A program made the translations under genes and the position numbers. The notes under the pieces are model-generated. The model saw nothing but the letters and a program-made list of their open reading frames with translations, was not told the origin of the DNA and searched no databases. A DNA stretch of 64,000 nt from Camelus ferus (taxonomy: Eukaryota), in assembly GCF_009834535.1 (NCBI RefSeq), contig NC_045698.1, positions 11,410,001-11,474,000 on the forward strand, given 5' to 3'. This document shows positions 63,305 through 64,000 of this stretch, in pieces. Position 1 is the stretch's first letter. Each line of letters opens with the position of its first letter.

Positions 63305-63418
63305 ATTTAGGTTTATTTATTTATTTGTTTGTTTGTTTTTAATAGAGGTACTGGAGATTGAACCCAGGACCTCGTGCATGCTAAGTGTGCACTCTACCAC
63401 TGAGCTATACCCTCCCCC
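63305..63418 (-). mobile_element. tRNA-Ala-derived camelid SINE (vic-1 type), 3' end missing
   Basis: Reverse complement GGGGGAGGGTATAGCTCAGTGGTAGAGTGCACACTTAGCATGCACGAGGTCCTGGGTTCAATCTCCAGTACCTC. Confidence 0.92.
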
Positions 63419-64000
63419 AAAAAGCAGACATATTAAATTAAAAGAAAATTCTTCAGGAAAATGAAAGCTCAACTAGAAAGACATGGGGAAATGACACCAC
63501 GACACATAAATTCCTATTTTCAACCAATGTATTAGTCATGAAATTTCACTCCTTATGCTCTCCTGTTCACACAGACACACATTCTCCTGCTTGACAGCCT
63601 AGAGTTGCCAAAATTATAGAGTATCAAAATCAAATCAGACATTTTATTTTAGGCATTTTTTTCCCCAAAACTTTTCATTTTTAGTTGACAAATATCAAGA
63701 GATGCCCTCTGGCCATCCTGCTTGCTTCATTTTCTTCTTGTCGTCCCTCATCAAAGAAGTCCAGTGTGGCCAGGGTACCAATGAGGGATTCTGATCGAGC
63801 TTTGCTTGTGATATTGGTAGAACTTTGTTTTAGTGATAATGTTTCACACTTTGGGAAGTTGGGTTTATTTCACTTTCTGATGAGTTTATTCAAATTTTGG
63901 TCCTAGGCACTAATCTTTGAAAATTGTTTATTCCAGCCTCCCTTATCTTCTCACGTTGGTCCATCAGCATATTAATTTCCCGTAACCTGGCTTATTAGCT

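Noticed and set aside
63685..64000. Coding exon at the window end
   Set aside because: An acceptor-like site exists at 63684, but no frame I translated on either strand resembles a protein I recognise, and there is no convincing donor.
1..64000. Host-gene strand inferred from L1 orientation bias
   Set aside because: L1 fragments occur on both strands in similar numbers, so nothing can be inferred.

Overview
Mammalian non-coding DNA, most likely camelid (camel, llama or alpaca). The main evidence is four tRNA-Ala-derived SINEs of the vic-1 type and an L1_Art-like 3' end; I saw no ruminant BovB/Bov-tA or pig PRE1 SINEs. I found no protein-coding exon, RNA gene, CRISPR array or prokaryotic system that I can support. 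The only ORFs that resemble known proteins are LINE-1 ORF2 relics. The window is intergenic or deep-intronic and layered with transposons: young L1s of at least two subfamilies, old L1M, L2, MIR, MaLR/ERVL/ERV1 solo LTRs and hAT DNA transposons. The most notable observations are retrotransposition structures read from their target-site duplications (TSDs). These are a 5'-inverted young L1 that carries an ancient L1 3' end inside its TSDs (56.7-57.5 kb), an orphan non-repeat poly(A) insertion (37.9-38.0 kb), a second twin-primed L1 (31.9-32.4 kb) and a 53-bp L1 with a perfect TSD (46.2 kb). Also notable are a MER41-like LTR with decayed GAS motifs, a MER53 palindrome and a consensus CTCF site. 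I cannot support a new biological system. Repeat family names come from remembered consensus motifs, not a database search, and boundaries of old repeats are approximate.
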